Assembly (NCBI GenBank): GCA_964035545.1
Contig: OZ037766.1
Coordinates: forward strand, 13,072,722-13,136,721
Source: Bugula neritina
Taxonomy: Eukaryota; Animalia; Bryozoa
Direction: 5' to 3'
DNA: 64,000 nucleotides
Shown here: positions 13,541-26,704 of the stretch, in pieces
How the letters are laid out: every line of letters begins with the position of its first letter
Numbering within the stretch: the stretch's first letter is position 1
The notes under the pieces: generated by a model
What the model was told of the DNA's origin: nothing
The model's database searches: none
Seen by the model: the letters and a program-made list of their open reading frames with translations, nothing else
Made by a program: the position numbers and the translations under genes

Positions 13541-13751
13541 CTTTCTCGGGAAGTAAGCTCTAGCAAAAATAAAACTAAACTGTAAACGCGAAACTCAGAA
13601 GAGAAGTTTAAACTCCAAAAATTTTGAGTAAACAAAGCCCTATTCTTATTTTCAAAATTACTTTCGTGTGAGAGCTTGGTCGACCTTCCCGGAAAATAGC
13701 TTGCATAACTAACAGCCAAGTCATGTAAATGACATATCCTCCTCTAATCAG
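13541..13751. promoter_or_regulatory. Putative bidirectional promoter, CARHSP1 / PXMP2
   Basis: Divergent consensus donors: minus-strand AAA|gtgagt at 13540 and plus-strand CAG|gtaaga at 13752. Locally CpG-richer; TTCCCGGAA (GAS/ETS-like) at ~13686. Confidence 0.5.
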
Positions 13752-14509
13752 GTAAGATAATAATAATATAATAATTATTTTGAGAGGATGAAGAGATCGT
13801 CAGGCTAGCACGTAACCAATGGGGTGCAAGTAGTGCAGCGCAGCTTTCATTTTCACATCTTGCGCATTTCCATGTCCATAATTCAACATTAAATTCTTTT
13901 TTTTTTTAGCAAGACCATGACCATTTTTTAAAATTCCCTTTTGCACTAAGCGGTATGGTTGTTTTTTAGTTTTATCTCATAGGCGAGTTTTATGAAATCA
14001 ATTTTTTAAATTGCAATGTATGCATTAACATTTTAATGTTGATCGTTGATCTCTCCGAGTCAGTCTCACTCTCACGTTCAGCGGTTTACTGTTTAGAACT
14101 AGTTTCACTCACAGTCACTCTCAGAGTCTCACTCTAACTGTCAGTGTCACAGCGACTCTCAGTTAGCGTCGTTCTTGGTCTCATTTACTTTGTATTTAGT
14201 CCTAGTCTTGCACTGAAACTGTCAGCTGAATTTGCACTGTAACCAACTCTTAAATAATAAATGATAAATTAAATAGAAAATAAGTCAGAATCATTATCAA
14301 TATATCAATTAGAATTGTATCATTATGACTATGATTATCATCACGATCATGTTCCATTATTATGGTCATTAAGTTGATGTAGATAAATTTGCAACTTCAC
14401 CAAGCATATTTAAATTTAATACGACTATTATATTTATAAACAATTAAAATTATCTTGGTTAAATAAATAATACTAATTCACTATTACTATTAGACTTAGT
14501 TAAAAATAA

Positions 14510-17500
14510 TCTTAGCTCTACGTTACAATTTTGGTATATAAGCAATCAATCTCGTCTCGTAGACGATAGAACACTCAATGTCAGCGTTATGGTGCAAACG
14601 TGGAGCGCCTCATTGGTCAGTGATAAATGTCAGTATCAGTATGAGTTAGTATAGCAGCATATAGCTGTTTATTGTTGTGTGTTAGTTGACCTGAGCTTCA
14701 GATCTCTCACACTGCGTGGGAGAAAACTGTTAAAATAGACCTTGCTCGCTGCATAGATAGATGTTGGCTCACCTCTGTGTGCAGCTCACGTATACATAGT
14801 GAACTTATTTTTATTTTTAGTCAGTTCATCATGAGCTGAGGCTAAGTTTGGTGTTTAGATTCATCTGAGAGGATTCTCATTAACAGTGACAACCTATGTG
14901 TTTTTCTTCGGTCTTTGAGAAGTTGTAGTTCGAGTTTATTTCGAGCTTCTGAGATGCCTTGTCTTCCTTTGATATTGTTAATGAACCTGATTGCTTGGGA
15001 CTGTACACGCTCTAAGGCATCAATATTAGCTTAATCTGCTAGGTCCCAAAGAGTATCACCGTATTCTAGAATTGGTTGGCAGAGACTGGTGTATGCGAGG
15101 AGTTTGCTATTGGCAGGGGCTTCATAAAGCGAGGATTTTATGCAACCTAGGACCTTGGAGGCACTTTTGATCTTAGATGTAATATGTTGCTCAAATTTTA
15201 AGTTGGACTGCAGAATTATACCAAGATATTTGATCTCCTTTCTGCATTTGAGCAGAGTTCCACCAAGTGCATAGCTGGGGTCAAACACTGGATATGCCTT
15301 TGGGGCTTTGCTAAAGACAATCACCTCACACTTTTCCGTGTTAAAAGGCATTTTCTATTTTATGGACCACTTATGTCGAGCATCTATATTTGTCTGGAAA
15401 AGCTGCTTGTCCTCATTGCTATTCACAGCAGCATAAATCAGGGTGTCATTGGCATAGAGACTCACTTTGCATGTTATCACTTGTGGTAGGTCATTTATGT
15501 ATATAAGAAACAAGGTTAGCCCAAGTGCCGAACCCTGTGGCACCCCTGAGGAGACAGGGAGATTTGATGATAATACACCACGTATGGCAGTTCTCTGACT
15601 TCTTTTTGTTAGGAACCCTTGGATCCAATTTGCTATGCTTGGGTTAATGCCATCAATACAACGGACTTTTTGCATGAGTAGAGTGTGGGGGACCTTATCA
15701 AACGCCTTACGGAAATCAAGGACTACTCCATGAATAACATAACCATGCTCCACAGATTTTGCTATGTCGTGGTAGGTAGCGCAAAGCTGAGTTTCACAGC
15801 CTAAGCCTTTCCTGAAACCATGCTGTCTATTGTAAAGCATGCTCTCAAGTAATTTGTTTAGATAATGTAGGACAATGTGTTCTAACATTTTACAGGGGAT
15901 GCTGGTGAGAGAGATTGGGCGATAGTTTAATGGCTTGTCTTTGGCACCTTTTTGTGGACTGGTGTCACATTGGCAGTTCTCCATTGTGCTGGGAGCACTG
16001 TGTAGTCTATTGAGGCCTGAAAGACATATGTAAGACATTGGGCTACTATACCAGGATCTATTAAAAGCTCACACTTTCGTATCTGGTCAGGTCCTGGAGA
16101 TTTATTGTTCTTCGGATCATGAATTAATTTCTTGACTCCTTCAGGGTTGATGTCAAGAGTCCTGCTATTAGTAGGGAGAAGGGGGAGATCAGTAATGGCT
16201 TCATCAACACAGAACTGGCTATGAAAATAGCTATTTAGAGTTTCTGCGCATTCCAGACTGTCTGTAGTTATATTACCGTTTTTGATTTTATTACTTGTAA
16301 GTGGATGTTGGCACTTCCGTTTGTGTCGCAGATGCTTGTAACAGGGTTTGCTGTTTCCTTTTAGCAGAGGCTTACAGGCTTTGTTCACTATGTATTCCTT
16401 CTTGATTAAATTGAAGGCTTTTTTATTGTTTTTTTTGCTATTGGTATCTCTGCAAAAAGTATGGGTTATTTGTTCTCTTGAATTTTCTATATAATGACAT
16501 CTGCATGTCATATAGTCTCTTAGCCTCTTTAGAGAACCAAGGTGGTTGGCCACTATTTCTCATTTTTATGGTCTTTTTTGGTACAGATATTTCAATAGCT
16601 TCTTTGAAGGCGACAGAGAAAGTATCCCACATCTGCTGGACATTATCCATCTGTGAAAGCTTTTCACATGCATAGCTCATATAGTTTCTAAATTTAATGA
16701 CATCAGCTTTGCTATGGATGAGAATGTCTTTATGATTATTGTGGATAACATCTTGGGAAGGTGGGTTTTCAATTAGTAGTTTAGCTACGATGATGTAATG
16801 ATCACTGAGCCCCGGCCTAATTACATATATAGAATCTATTATAGAGGTGTCACTGGTACAGATAATGTCTAGGGTGTTACCGATGTGTGTGTGTCAGACA
16901 GTTTTCATGGAGTATGTTAATAAATTGTTGTTGCGATGATTTATAATGGGTGTTTGGTCTTATTATACCTGCTGACCAGTCTATACCAGGGAGATTAAAG
17001 TCTCCTAGTAGTACAAGTCTGCAGTGACGATATCTCTGTAAGATGGAAGAAATGATATCATTAATTTTACTGATATTTAGAAGTGATACATGGGCTCTGT
17101 AGTAGCAGCACAGAATAAGATTTAGTGGAAGTTTTATGATGACCATTTTTTCGCCATATGTCTCAATGTTTATGCTACTAGCCTGCAGAAAACTTTTTGT
17201 AGCGACTAGGACCCCACCACCGTGGATGTTCCTGTCATGTCTAAAGAAATCCAGACCAGGGGTCTCTATAATGCAGCTGTCACATATGTTGGCATCAAGA
17301 TGGGTCTCAGTGAGGCAGATAATATCAAAGTATTTGGTCAAGGCAGTGATTTCAGTGGTCTTTCCTTTTGCTGATCTAGTGTTAGCATAAAAAAGGCTTA
17401 ATGTCCGTTTGTTGTGACAGGATTCATTTTCTCCCAGTTTCCCGAGCGACTTTTCTTTTCGATAGACAGGTCTCTAATGTGATATTCACCCTGATTTTCA

Positions 17501-18430
17501 GACTTCAGCTTGCCCATCTGCTCGCGTAGCTGGTATTCTCTATTTCGTATCTCTTTGTTAACATCTAGTTTGCAAAACATTTTATCAGCTCGCAAGTGGT
17601 GGTTTACTTTCTTGAGGAAGCTCCATTTTGTTTGTTCGTCCTTGAATGTTAGTTTGATAGGGCGAGTTTTTCCTTCATCTTTTTGACTAAGGCGAAATGC
17701 TTTTAGTGGTTTGTCATAGTTTTTAAAAAGGAAGTTCTGCATCAGCTCGGTAATATCTTCCATTGCAGTTTTTTGTTCATTTAGACCATAGAAAATGGCA
17801 TTATTTTTACGCTCTTCAAGCTCTTTTTTCTGGAGTTCTGCAGTCAGTAGAGCTTTGGTAAAGGTAGAAGCTTGCACTGCGAGCTTCATATCTTTGGCCA
17901 GTTGGTCATTTTTTGCTATCTCGGCCCAGGACTTTTTTAGGCATTGAACTTGTTCGGTGGTATGGTGTTGGTATTCATCCACCTTTTCATTCAGTTTTTC
18001 CACCATCTGTTGCAGGCAGCTAAGTTTGGACATTTGAGGTATGATAGATGGTGATTGGCCCTGTATAGTCTTTTGGCATCCTGAGCAATACCATTTGACT
18101 CCCTTGCTGGCCAGTTTGGCAATAGCAGTTGCCTCCGAAACCTTGAGATCCTGACAAGTGCTATGAAACCATAATGCACAGAGGTCACATTCAATCCACT
18201 TAAAATCAGCTTTTTGCTTTTTTGGTTTTTTCCACTGCCAACCAAGATGGTGCATTCTTCATTTTGGCATGTAACACACTTTTGCTTTGATTCGGGGTTC
18301 TTTTGGAGTGTTGCCTTATTTTGACTCACACTCAGTCAAGTGGGGTAAGTTTGTGAGGGCCCCTCATCTTGCCTGTCACTAAAATCACTGTCATTCCCTC
18401 TGTCGTTATAAAGGATGTTTTTAGCCATGT
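14510..18430 (-). mobile_element. Nearly full-length, inactivated CR1-group non-LTR retrotransposon (ORF1 PHD + RRM-like; ORF2 APE + RT)
   Basis: ORF1 from ATG 18428 (one TGA, one frameshift): CVTC...WIECDLC..WFHSTC...WYCSGC PHD finger, ERKNNAIFYGL, TRPIKL. ORF2 pieces: DIICLTETHL, DRNIHGGGV, LGDFNLP (endonuclease); KSPGPD, NYRPISLTS, QHGFRKG, LDFRKAFDKVPH, SGVPQGS, YAND (mutated YADD); C-terminal NSFLPR, stop at 14669. Several frameshifts. Ends are approximate; no TSD identified. Confidence 0.93.
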
Positions 18431-19820
18431 TGACCACGGTTCAATTTGTCTTGAAGCTTTTTCGTTTAGTAGAGTATTAGTAACAATATTAATTTAATAA
18501 GATATTCATATAATATGGTAACTTTCTATGAAGCTTTAACTTCAGAATGAATGTTACTCTAATCCAATAATTTATAATATGAACTGAATATTAATAATAC
18601 CTTTGCAGTTAACTAACAGTAACTGGACGCGGTGGTGAGTGTACTAAATCACTAATGTTTTATAGTTATATGGTTGTCAGTATGATCTTGGCTGAATCAG
18701 TAAAAACTTACGGAGCTCTGGACATCAATTTGCAGATATTATGAGTTCGACTGTGACTATTGGTGTTTTCAAACAGAGTTACAAACACTCGCACACACCG
18801 TCTTTTCTTTTGTTGCGGTAATATGAAGTGAATACTAACGTATTTTCAATACTGTTATAGTTATCTATTTATGAGAATTTTTAGGAATTTGTTAGATCAA
18901 TCTGACAGTCAGTTTCAGTAACTAACAGTCACTGCCAGTCGTCGAACGTAGTTTTATTAAAACTTTAATTTAGCTCTATCTGCACAAGGCTTGTGCACTC
19001 ACTCTCTGTGTTAGTGTTAGTAAGATAAGTGAGTAAGGAAATAAACATAGGTAATACTAAATAATATAAATAGGTAATAAATATAGATAAGATAGGTGTA
19101 AGGTTTTGAAACATATAGGTTGGCAAGAGTGCTCAGAAAACACGATACACTAACAATGTTCGTTTTCTTAATAATTTTAGGCCTAAATGTAATGATTATG
19201 ATAACTGATATTTTTAGCCGTTAGTAAAGTTTAAAGACTAAATTATATTATTATACCATCAATATCTCATGACTTTTTGTATTATGTGCCATTGAATTTT
19301 TTATTCTGTCTTTGCCATATAGTTTTACTGAACCCAAAAGTTGCATTTTGCACTTAACTCAAGCTACTTTAATTGGAGCACATTGTTTTAACAAAGCAAA
19401 TATCTAAAATCAATTATAATTGAAGATTTTAGCTTTCAATAATTTGATTACAATAAGTTTTACACTATTAGATAGTTTATCTTATTGTCTGGCATAGTAG
19501 GATGTCAGATTATCCCAAAAGTAAAAAGTCATTTAAAAATCTGAATCAAAGGCTATTTATTGCCATTGGCATTATCTTTCATACTAATCCATATTGCTCT
19601 AAGAATGTAGGTAATTAGTATAATTAAATTTTATATAGCAAAAAATTGTATTTTCTGTTAATGTTTTTTATACAAAATATCTAGTATTAAGTGGGAGAAT
19701 GTAAATCTCACAGTAACTATACTAACAGTTTAGTTAATCACATATTTTATAGAACTTATTTTATGAAAAAATTGTTTTAAAATACAGGTTATTTTGAAAT
19801 TTTAGTTCCATCTCATTCTA

Positions 19821-22356
19821 ATGGCCAAGTTTAGTTCTCAAGATGATGCAGTGTACATGAAAGCATTGAAGCTTTATAACTATCACCTTCAAAGACATCC
19901 TTTATTAACTAAATGTTGCACAAGGTAATCTGCATTATTTTTTGTAATAATATCTAAATTTTAGAAAATGATTTTTACTCTCTAAGAAAACAGCTTGAGT
20001 CAAAGAATATTTAAACAAAGAGTTTAGTTTTGTAAAGCGTAATAAAATATTAATGGCTGTTGGTGACATTGTTTGCTTTATACTTTTGTTTCAAAAAGGT
20101 TTGCTTTTACCTTGCCCTTTTTTATCGTTAAAACAATTGAGATTTACTGAATTGATCGAGATTTCCATGCAACATAAATAATAAATTTAATTGTAATAAA
20201 GCGTTGATAAATTTCATGGCGTAAGAAGAATTCTGTAGCATTAAAAGATGCCTATTTTGGAATTTTTTTATATATAAATGTAAAATATGTCTTACACTGT
20301 GCAGAACAATATTTCGGTTAGAATCCGTAAATTTCAAACATTTTGACAGTTTTAGGTGGAAAAATTTTTTATTTCTATCAATTTTAGCTTAAAAAATCTT
20401 TTAGATTGATGTTAAATTATTACAGGTGTATATTATTATCTACTGCTCTACCAATTTTGTAATCAATTTTGAATTCTAGTGCAGTTACTTCTTCCCTTGG
20501 TAACTTTATTGCACAAACTCTCAGTGGACAATCGGATTTAAACTACAGAGATATTCTTGCTTTTGCAATATTCGGGTATGTTTTATAATTGTTGTGAATG
20601 CATAAAGTTGTGCTTGACTAAAATATATTTTATCAATCTCTAATGTTCTTTCACAAATTGAATGATCTGAATAATATTATTTAATTAATTGACCAACAAT
20701 TTTCAAGTTGAGGATCAAAATTCCAAGTTTTTCTTTTTGGCTGTAGATTTAACACTATGGTGACATTATTAGGCAAAGTAAGAGTTAATTTGTAGCAACA
20801 TTAGCTTATTTTCTGCCCTTTTCTTACTGTAGCTCTACCATGCATTTGGAAATATACTGCTATTGCTTACATTTTAGATTTTTCGGCACTGGCCCAGCTA
20901 CTCATTATTTTTATCGATATTTGGCCGCAGCTGTAAAGCCTACTGATAAAAACTCTAATGTCATAAAACTGACAATTGAAAGACTCTTCTTTGCTCCTAG
21001 CTTTCTTCTCCTGTTTTTCTACTCTATTCCATTGTTGGAGGTGAGAAGTAATTTCGTTTTTTTTTATAACTTTCAACATCCGCATAAAAAAGTTCTAAGC
21101 CTATGACATGCTTATATACTTTTTTTTTCTATGGGAAAAAAATCAGAAAAATCACAAATTATAACTAATTTTTATTGTGAATTTAATACAATTTTTTCAA
21201 AATTACAACTTTTCGTTAATATAAAACAACTTTTATAAGTATCCTAATCTTTAATCAGTTTAATTATTTATCATTTTATATTAGTTGTGGGTTGGTGAAT
21301 TAGCTGCTGCCTTATGTTATTACTGACAAAACTTTTTGTTGTATTTCCTAGAAATAATTCTGCAATAATCATTTTTCAAATATGATATATTTTAAGACAT
21401 AGTAAAAGGCATTGACTGATATTTTTTGCATGTATTTATTCTACATTCAGAGTTTTTCTCTCATAATTTTAAGTGTACTTCTAGTAGAATTATCTACAAC
21501 AATATTGCTTGCCTGAATAGATGCTCTATTTTTAAGTTGATACTTTACTTTGTAGGGCAAAGGCTTAACAGCTGCTCATAACAACTTTAAAGTAGGCTAT
21601 TTGCCATCTTTGAAAGCTAACTGGAAATTCTGGTCTTTCTTACAGTATATCAACCTCAAATACGTTCCTCAACAGGTAAGTGCTGGCTCTTGTTAAGAAA
21701 TGCTTGCAATGAAGTGGTCTTACTTTGAAATATATTAGTTTTTAACTATTTCTGCCATCCAGCTTATTTGAAAAAAGATTTCGGCAGTTTTTATTTTAGA
21801 CCTTGACTTGAAAGTGTGCGAAGGAGGGGTTTTAAATTCAAAAAACACCTTTTCCATCCGTAATAAGTGAAAACTATAGACTGATTAGGAGTTGTGTGCT
21901 CGACTAAAAAGTTTTCTTTACAGGAAAAAATTTGGTATTAAATAATTTTCATTCTCCTCTCCCTGATTAAAATAAATTTAAGCGAATTACTGTTTTGGCT
22001 ATCTCATTCAATATCTACTGCATCAATCAACAATATTTTCAATTTCAAAAAAGATGTATTTGGCTTTACTTGTTGTATGTGATAATTCCAAACTGGACTG
22101 AAACCACAATATTAATTTAATCAGTCTTACTTGATTACATAGAAAGTTTTAAGCTTTGTGCGGAATCCACTGCCTTTATTATATGATAAATGCAAGAAGA
22201 CATAACCTTCAAGTCCTAAATATACTTTATATTATATCCAAAACTGCCATACTAATTGAATTTATTCTGTTTATATATTATTTTCAGTATCAGACGCTGT
22301 TTACTAATGTTATTGCTTTGTTCTGGAACATTTACCTCTCAACAAAACAATCATAA
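19821..22356 (+). CDS. PXMP2: Peroxisomal membrane protein 2 (Mpv17/PMP22 family), 5 exons, 183 aa
   Basis: Exons 19821-19924, 20480-20575, 20878-21040, 21556-21675, 22288-22356 (552 nt). HPLLTK..TS, LGNFIAQ, GFFGTGPATHYFY, ERLFFAP, NWKFW..LQYIN.KYVP, LFTNVIALFW..YL. Confidence 0.93.
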
Positions 22357-23230
22357 CTCTAGCCAATTACTAAGATGCTGTGGAGTATTTAGTAAAGTTT
22401 AAAATAATTATTTATATTGCCAGACTGTAATAATTATGAACTTCAATCAAGCTTCATACTGGCTACATTGTGATGTACTTTGATGGTTGTTTTATATAGT
22501 CAGTTCAATTATTTTATTAGTTACAGATTTTTAATTTTTTCATTATTCATTTTAATTATTTTATTAGTTACAAATTTTCAGTATTACTCCAGTCTTTCAA
22601 CATATTTTTATATGCTGTGATTTGTTTTATCTTTGTTACGCAATTATTAGTATGAATTGGATATGGTTTTTTTACCAACTGCTTCTACATGATAACAGCT
22701 ATAAAACCTCTAATCAGGGATTCTAATCCAAACACAGTTTTTTAATGAAAGTATTCATTTTATGTTGAATTAATAGTACCTATCATTGCATTGCATTTAG
22801 CCGTATTGTTTTAGTAAACAAGGTCTTTTTTAATGATTTAGTCATGTTGTAGATTTTAAATTATAGTCATGGAAATATTTCATATCAACATATTTATATA
22901 AGTGATTTAGCAGGGAAACAATACAAATTTGAGTTGATATTTTTCAATGAAATCCATCAAATATAACTTCAGCAATACCAAAATATACAGTGTCTGAAAA
23001 TTAATTTATTTATAAAAATATAATTATAATACACTTTTAAATGTTTTGCTCAACATCCAAAGTTATGCAAATTATTTTTCGGTACATTTAATTCTAGGCA
23101 CCACATACCAATCTTATATTGCTATAACCCAATAAATTACAGGCTACTGTGTAAATTTTCGATTAGTTGTATGCATTAAAGTTGCTCTCTCCATGATAGT
23201 TGTATATGCAAGTGTTGTACGGACTTGTGG

Positions 23231-24314
23231 CTAATAGCGCTTTGGTTGGGTGCTTAAACGCTCTGCACTTACATTTAGTTGCTCTGGAGATAGTCTTTTG
23301 AATCCCTTGTACTTTGTGTCCGCTCCATCTAGTATTATACAGGTTTTAGTTTGTTTAGGTGGCATGTACTCAAATTTCTTATCCTTCAAAGCCTTTCCAC
23401 CACCACTGGCCACTGTTGGTTTAGTGAGCCGTTTGTTCAATTCTTCTAATTCACCATCATTTGTCAAACTCTTGAATGGAGCAGTTTTTCGACGAAAGCC
23501 ATAGTTCTCTGAAACAGCAAAATATTACGTTCATTTGTTCAAACCTGTTTGTTATGTAAGTTTGGCAAAAGTGGGTCATTTTAAAATTTGGAAATCGTTC
23601 AATGGATCACTTTTCTGTACATACAAAGCTATTTATTAATCAAAACATTTTATCAATTAATGACTTCTTTAACTTTTGAATGATGAAGACTAGAAAAACG
23701 AAACCTGCTTTACTGAGGTAACGCTTTGGTCACTCGTAACAATGATCCATTTTCTAGACAACTTGCTATTTCAACACAATTTTCTAAAACAATTACTCTT
23801 TTATTTTGGTTTACTGGCAATATTATAAACAGAAAATGCTCTTGATGCACTAGTCATCAAATTGTACACTTACTATTGCCTGGGTATTTCTCATCCATCT
23901 TTTCCAAATACTTTACATGTTCCCATTGAGCATCAAAATCATACCTGGCAGCTTTAGATGCAGCAGTTTCTTTAGAAAGTTTCTCACCTATTTCAATAAC
24001 TTCCTGTAAACTGTTGGCTCGTCTTGTCACTGGGCGATACCTGAGCACTACACAGTTGAAAATTAAAGAAGTTGTGAAAAGTATTTTATTGTAGATCGAA
24101 AATGAATGTTTCATCTAAATAATTAACTAAGTGATAAACTTGTAGCTTTACATAATGACATCAGTATAAAAATTTGCTGATCCAGTTTACAGCTCTACTA
24201 TTTTAGTAGGTAGGCCTACCCAGAGTCAGCTAGAGAAGTATTTTGCAAAAGTCTTCTTGACAAAATGCATTTACAACTAACCATGCAAGTTACTACTTAC
24301 TTATAGAACTTCAT
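23231..24314 (-). CDS. Uncharacterised basic repeat protein, paralog B (3 exons, 152 aa)
   Basis: Exons 24314-24301 (MKFYK, phase 2), 24040-23874, 23508-23231; GT-AG and in frame. Exons 2-3 are clearly homologous to exons 3-4 of paralog A, with many synonymous differences. Confidence 0.8.
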
Positions 24315-24649
24315 GGTGCATGATTTTAATAGGTAAAAGCTAACCTTAATTATTACAGACAGGAAAAAAAACTTGATTTGATGAGAGAGTGGTGAGAGTT
24401 GTTGCCACATTAGAAACACTGTAATGTATTTTCAGATATCATCGTTAACAAAAGGCAATGTTTTCTCGCAGCCAATTAACCAAGAACAACTATAGTAGAC
24501 TCTATTATTGCAAAAGTATCTTCAAATAGTTGCCTGGCTCACTTGCAACTCAAATGATAAAATTAATTTAGAAGAAAATAATTTATCATATCTTTCTAAA
24601 TGTTTATAACTGCTTCATGTTTAGAACATGAAGTTTTAAATTTTGTCAA

Positions 24650-26704
24650 TTATTTTTGAAAACGTTTATGTTGCTGGGTCAACCTCTCCACACTCTCTAA
24701 CAATTTTGTAGAAGTCATTTTCATGGTTCCTTTAAACTTAGTGTCAAGACCTTTTATAGGTATGTTTGTTTTAGTCTGCTTCGGAATAATGTAGACAAAC
24801 TCCTTATTCTGTAATGATTTCCCACCATCACTAGCTACAGTCGGTTTTGTTAGACGATAATTTAAATCTTCAATCTCTGAATCTGAGGTCACCTTCTTAA
24901 ATGGGGCTGACTTACACCTGAAGCCATATTTTTCTAAAATCAGCAATGAAACTCATCGTTATATCGCTGTAGAACATTATTGCGGCATATTATAGGAAAT
25001 TAGTGTAGCACAAAACTGCAACCATTAACTGCTCTGTTGAAGAAGGCGGAGCCAAATTTGATAATTGTTAACAATTATATCATGTTACAAGTTATTTATA
25101 AAAAACACTGTCAAATGGTATTTAAACTTATGCTGTTTTGTAATTCTAAAACAAAGTTTTTTTTAATTAAGCCAACAGGTTTAATAACTTCTTCATGGTG
25201 TTCAGACAGGAACTTAAAAACAATACTCTTTGCCATTCTTGTTGTCACTGGCTACCTAACTTAACATGTCACGGCAGATATTTAGTTACCAACTCAAGTT
25301 TTTTTAACACATATTACAATGGGCATTGGGTTGTTTGCGCAGTAAAATCATAAAATATATGATTTGCAGATTGTGTTGTACACTTACTGTTGCCTGGATA
25401 TTTCTCATCTGTCTTTTCCAAGTACTTGACATGTTCATGCTGAGCATCAAAATCATACCTGGCAGCCTTAGATGCAGCTGTCTCTTTAGAAAGTTTCTCA
25501 CCTATTGCAATAACTTCATCAATGCTACTGGCTCGCTTCCTTTCTGGATTGTACTTTGGTACTAAAAAGTATATATGACAACCAATAATTAAATATTTAA
25601 AAATTAACAGCAATAATCAACAAGGACTTCTTTGTAAAAATAGCCAAAACTTGTCTTTAAAACATATAAGTGTTTTATTGTTTTTAGAAACTATTTAAAT
25701 GTGAAGAATGAAGCTGGAAGTGCAATACAAAGAAAGAGTGGGGGTGTAAACTTGTTGCTTTAGATAAAAAAATTTCACTAACATGTTTTTTTCAGATAAT
25801 CAATGTGACACTTTTGAGCATCAAAGTCATAGCGGGCAGCGTGACTAGCAGTTGTTGGTCTGCTAACTCTTCCAGTGATTTTCTCCAATGATTCGTTACT
25901 TCCTCTTAGAGAACTGGCTTTCAGTGCCTTTGCATCTTTCTGTCTAATGTTGGCTTTATAACAGTAAAATAAACAATGTTAAGAAACAAATGTTGGACTG
26001 CATACCATGAAGTCATATAATTATTTCTATAGTAAACTTCAATTTTTCGAAAATTTATGAAAAAGTAGTTTATAAAAGGATTATTTGTTGTTGGGATTAG
26101 AGATAGCAACATGATTTAATGCAAGATGATATATTTCAATTTGCTAAGTTAGCTAGGTTCTCTTAAAACTGAAGATGGGTTTTTCAGTTGAACTGAAAAT
26201 TGAAAGCAGAGAATTAACATATTGGGCATTAATCTACTGCAGCAAATCTGGTATCAAAAATATTTTTTAGCAAGTCAAGTAAAATGTTTCAACGAGAAAA
26301 ATTGTCTTTTGCTAACACAAATAAGGCGAAACTTAGTCTTTATTCAATTCACTTTCTGAGAAAAGTTACAAAGGTGTTTCAAGTATGAAGCTTTTTCAAA
26401 AAGATTTGGTCATAGCTTCACATTTTGAATACATGTGCTGTAACTAGTTCATCACCCTTTTAATATCACAATATCTACAATCGACTAAAAAGCAGGATAG
26501 TTAATAGTCAAGAGTAGTTTTTAAGGGAGAACCTATAGTACCGTTTTGAATATCCAGGTTTTTGTAAGTAATCAGTAGCTTACCAACATGATAGTCCTGA
26601 TTGTCTACCCACGAATTTGATGCCACGTATGCCACTGTTTTTCTTTGTAGTCTGTTTACTATCTCATCTAACTTTTTCTGCGAAACCCATCTGTAAGCTG
26701 CCAT
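24650..26704 (-). CDS. Uncharacterised basic repeat protein, paralog A (4 coding exons, 249 aa)
   Basis: Exons 26704-26584, 25953-25783, 25561-25388, 24933-24650 (750 nt, all phase 1). Internal repeats EIVNRLQRKTVAY / EKITGRVSRPTTASHAARYDFDAQ / AIGEKLSKETAASKAARYDFDAQ / EDLNYRLTKPTVAS / ESVERLTQ. Probable UTR exon at ~27215-27280. Confidence 0.85.

Noticed and set aside
23140-23231. 28 open codons after the TAG of paralog B (possible read-through)
   Set aside because: The stop falls at the same position as paralog A's C-terminus; an extension of this length can arise by chance
25180-25258. Possible decayed third copy of the PVTRR exon
   Set aside because: Similarity limited to ~20 nt
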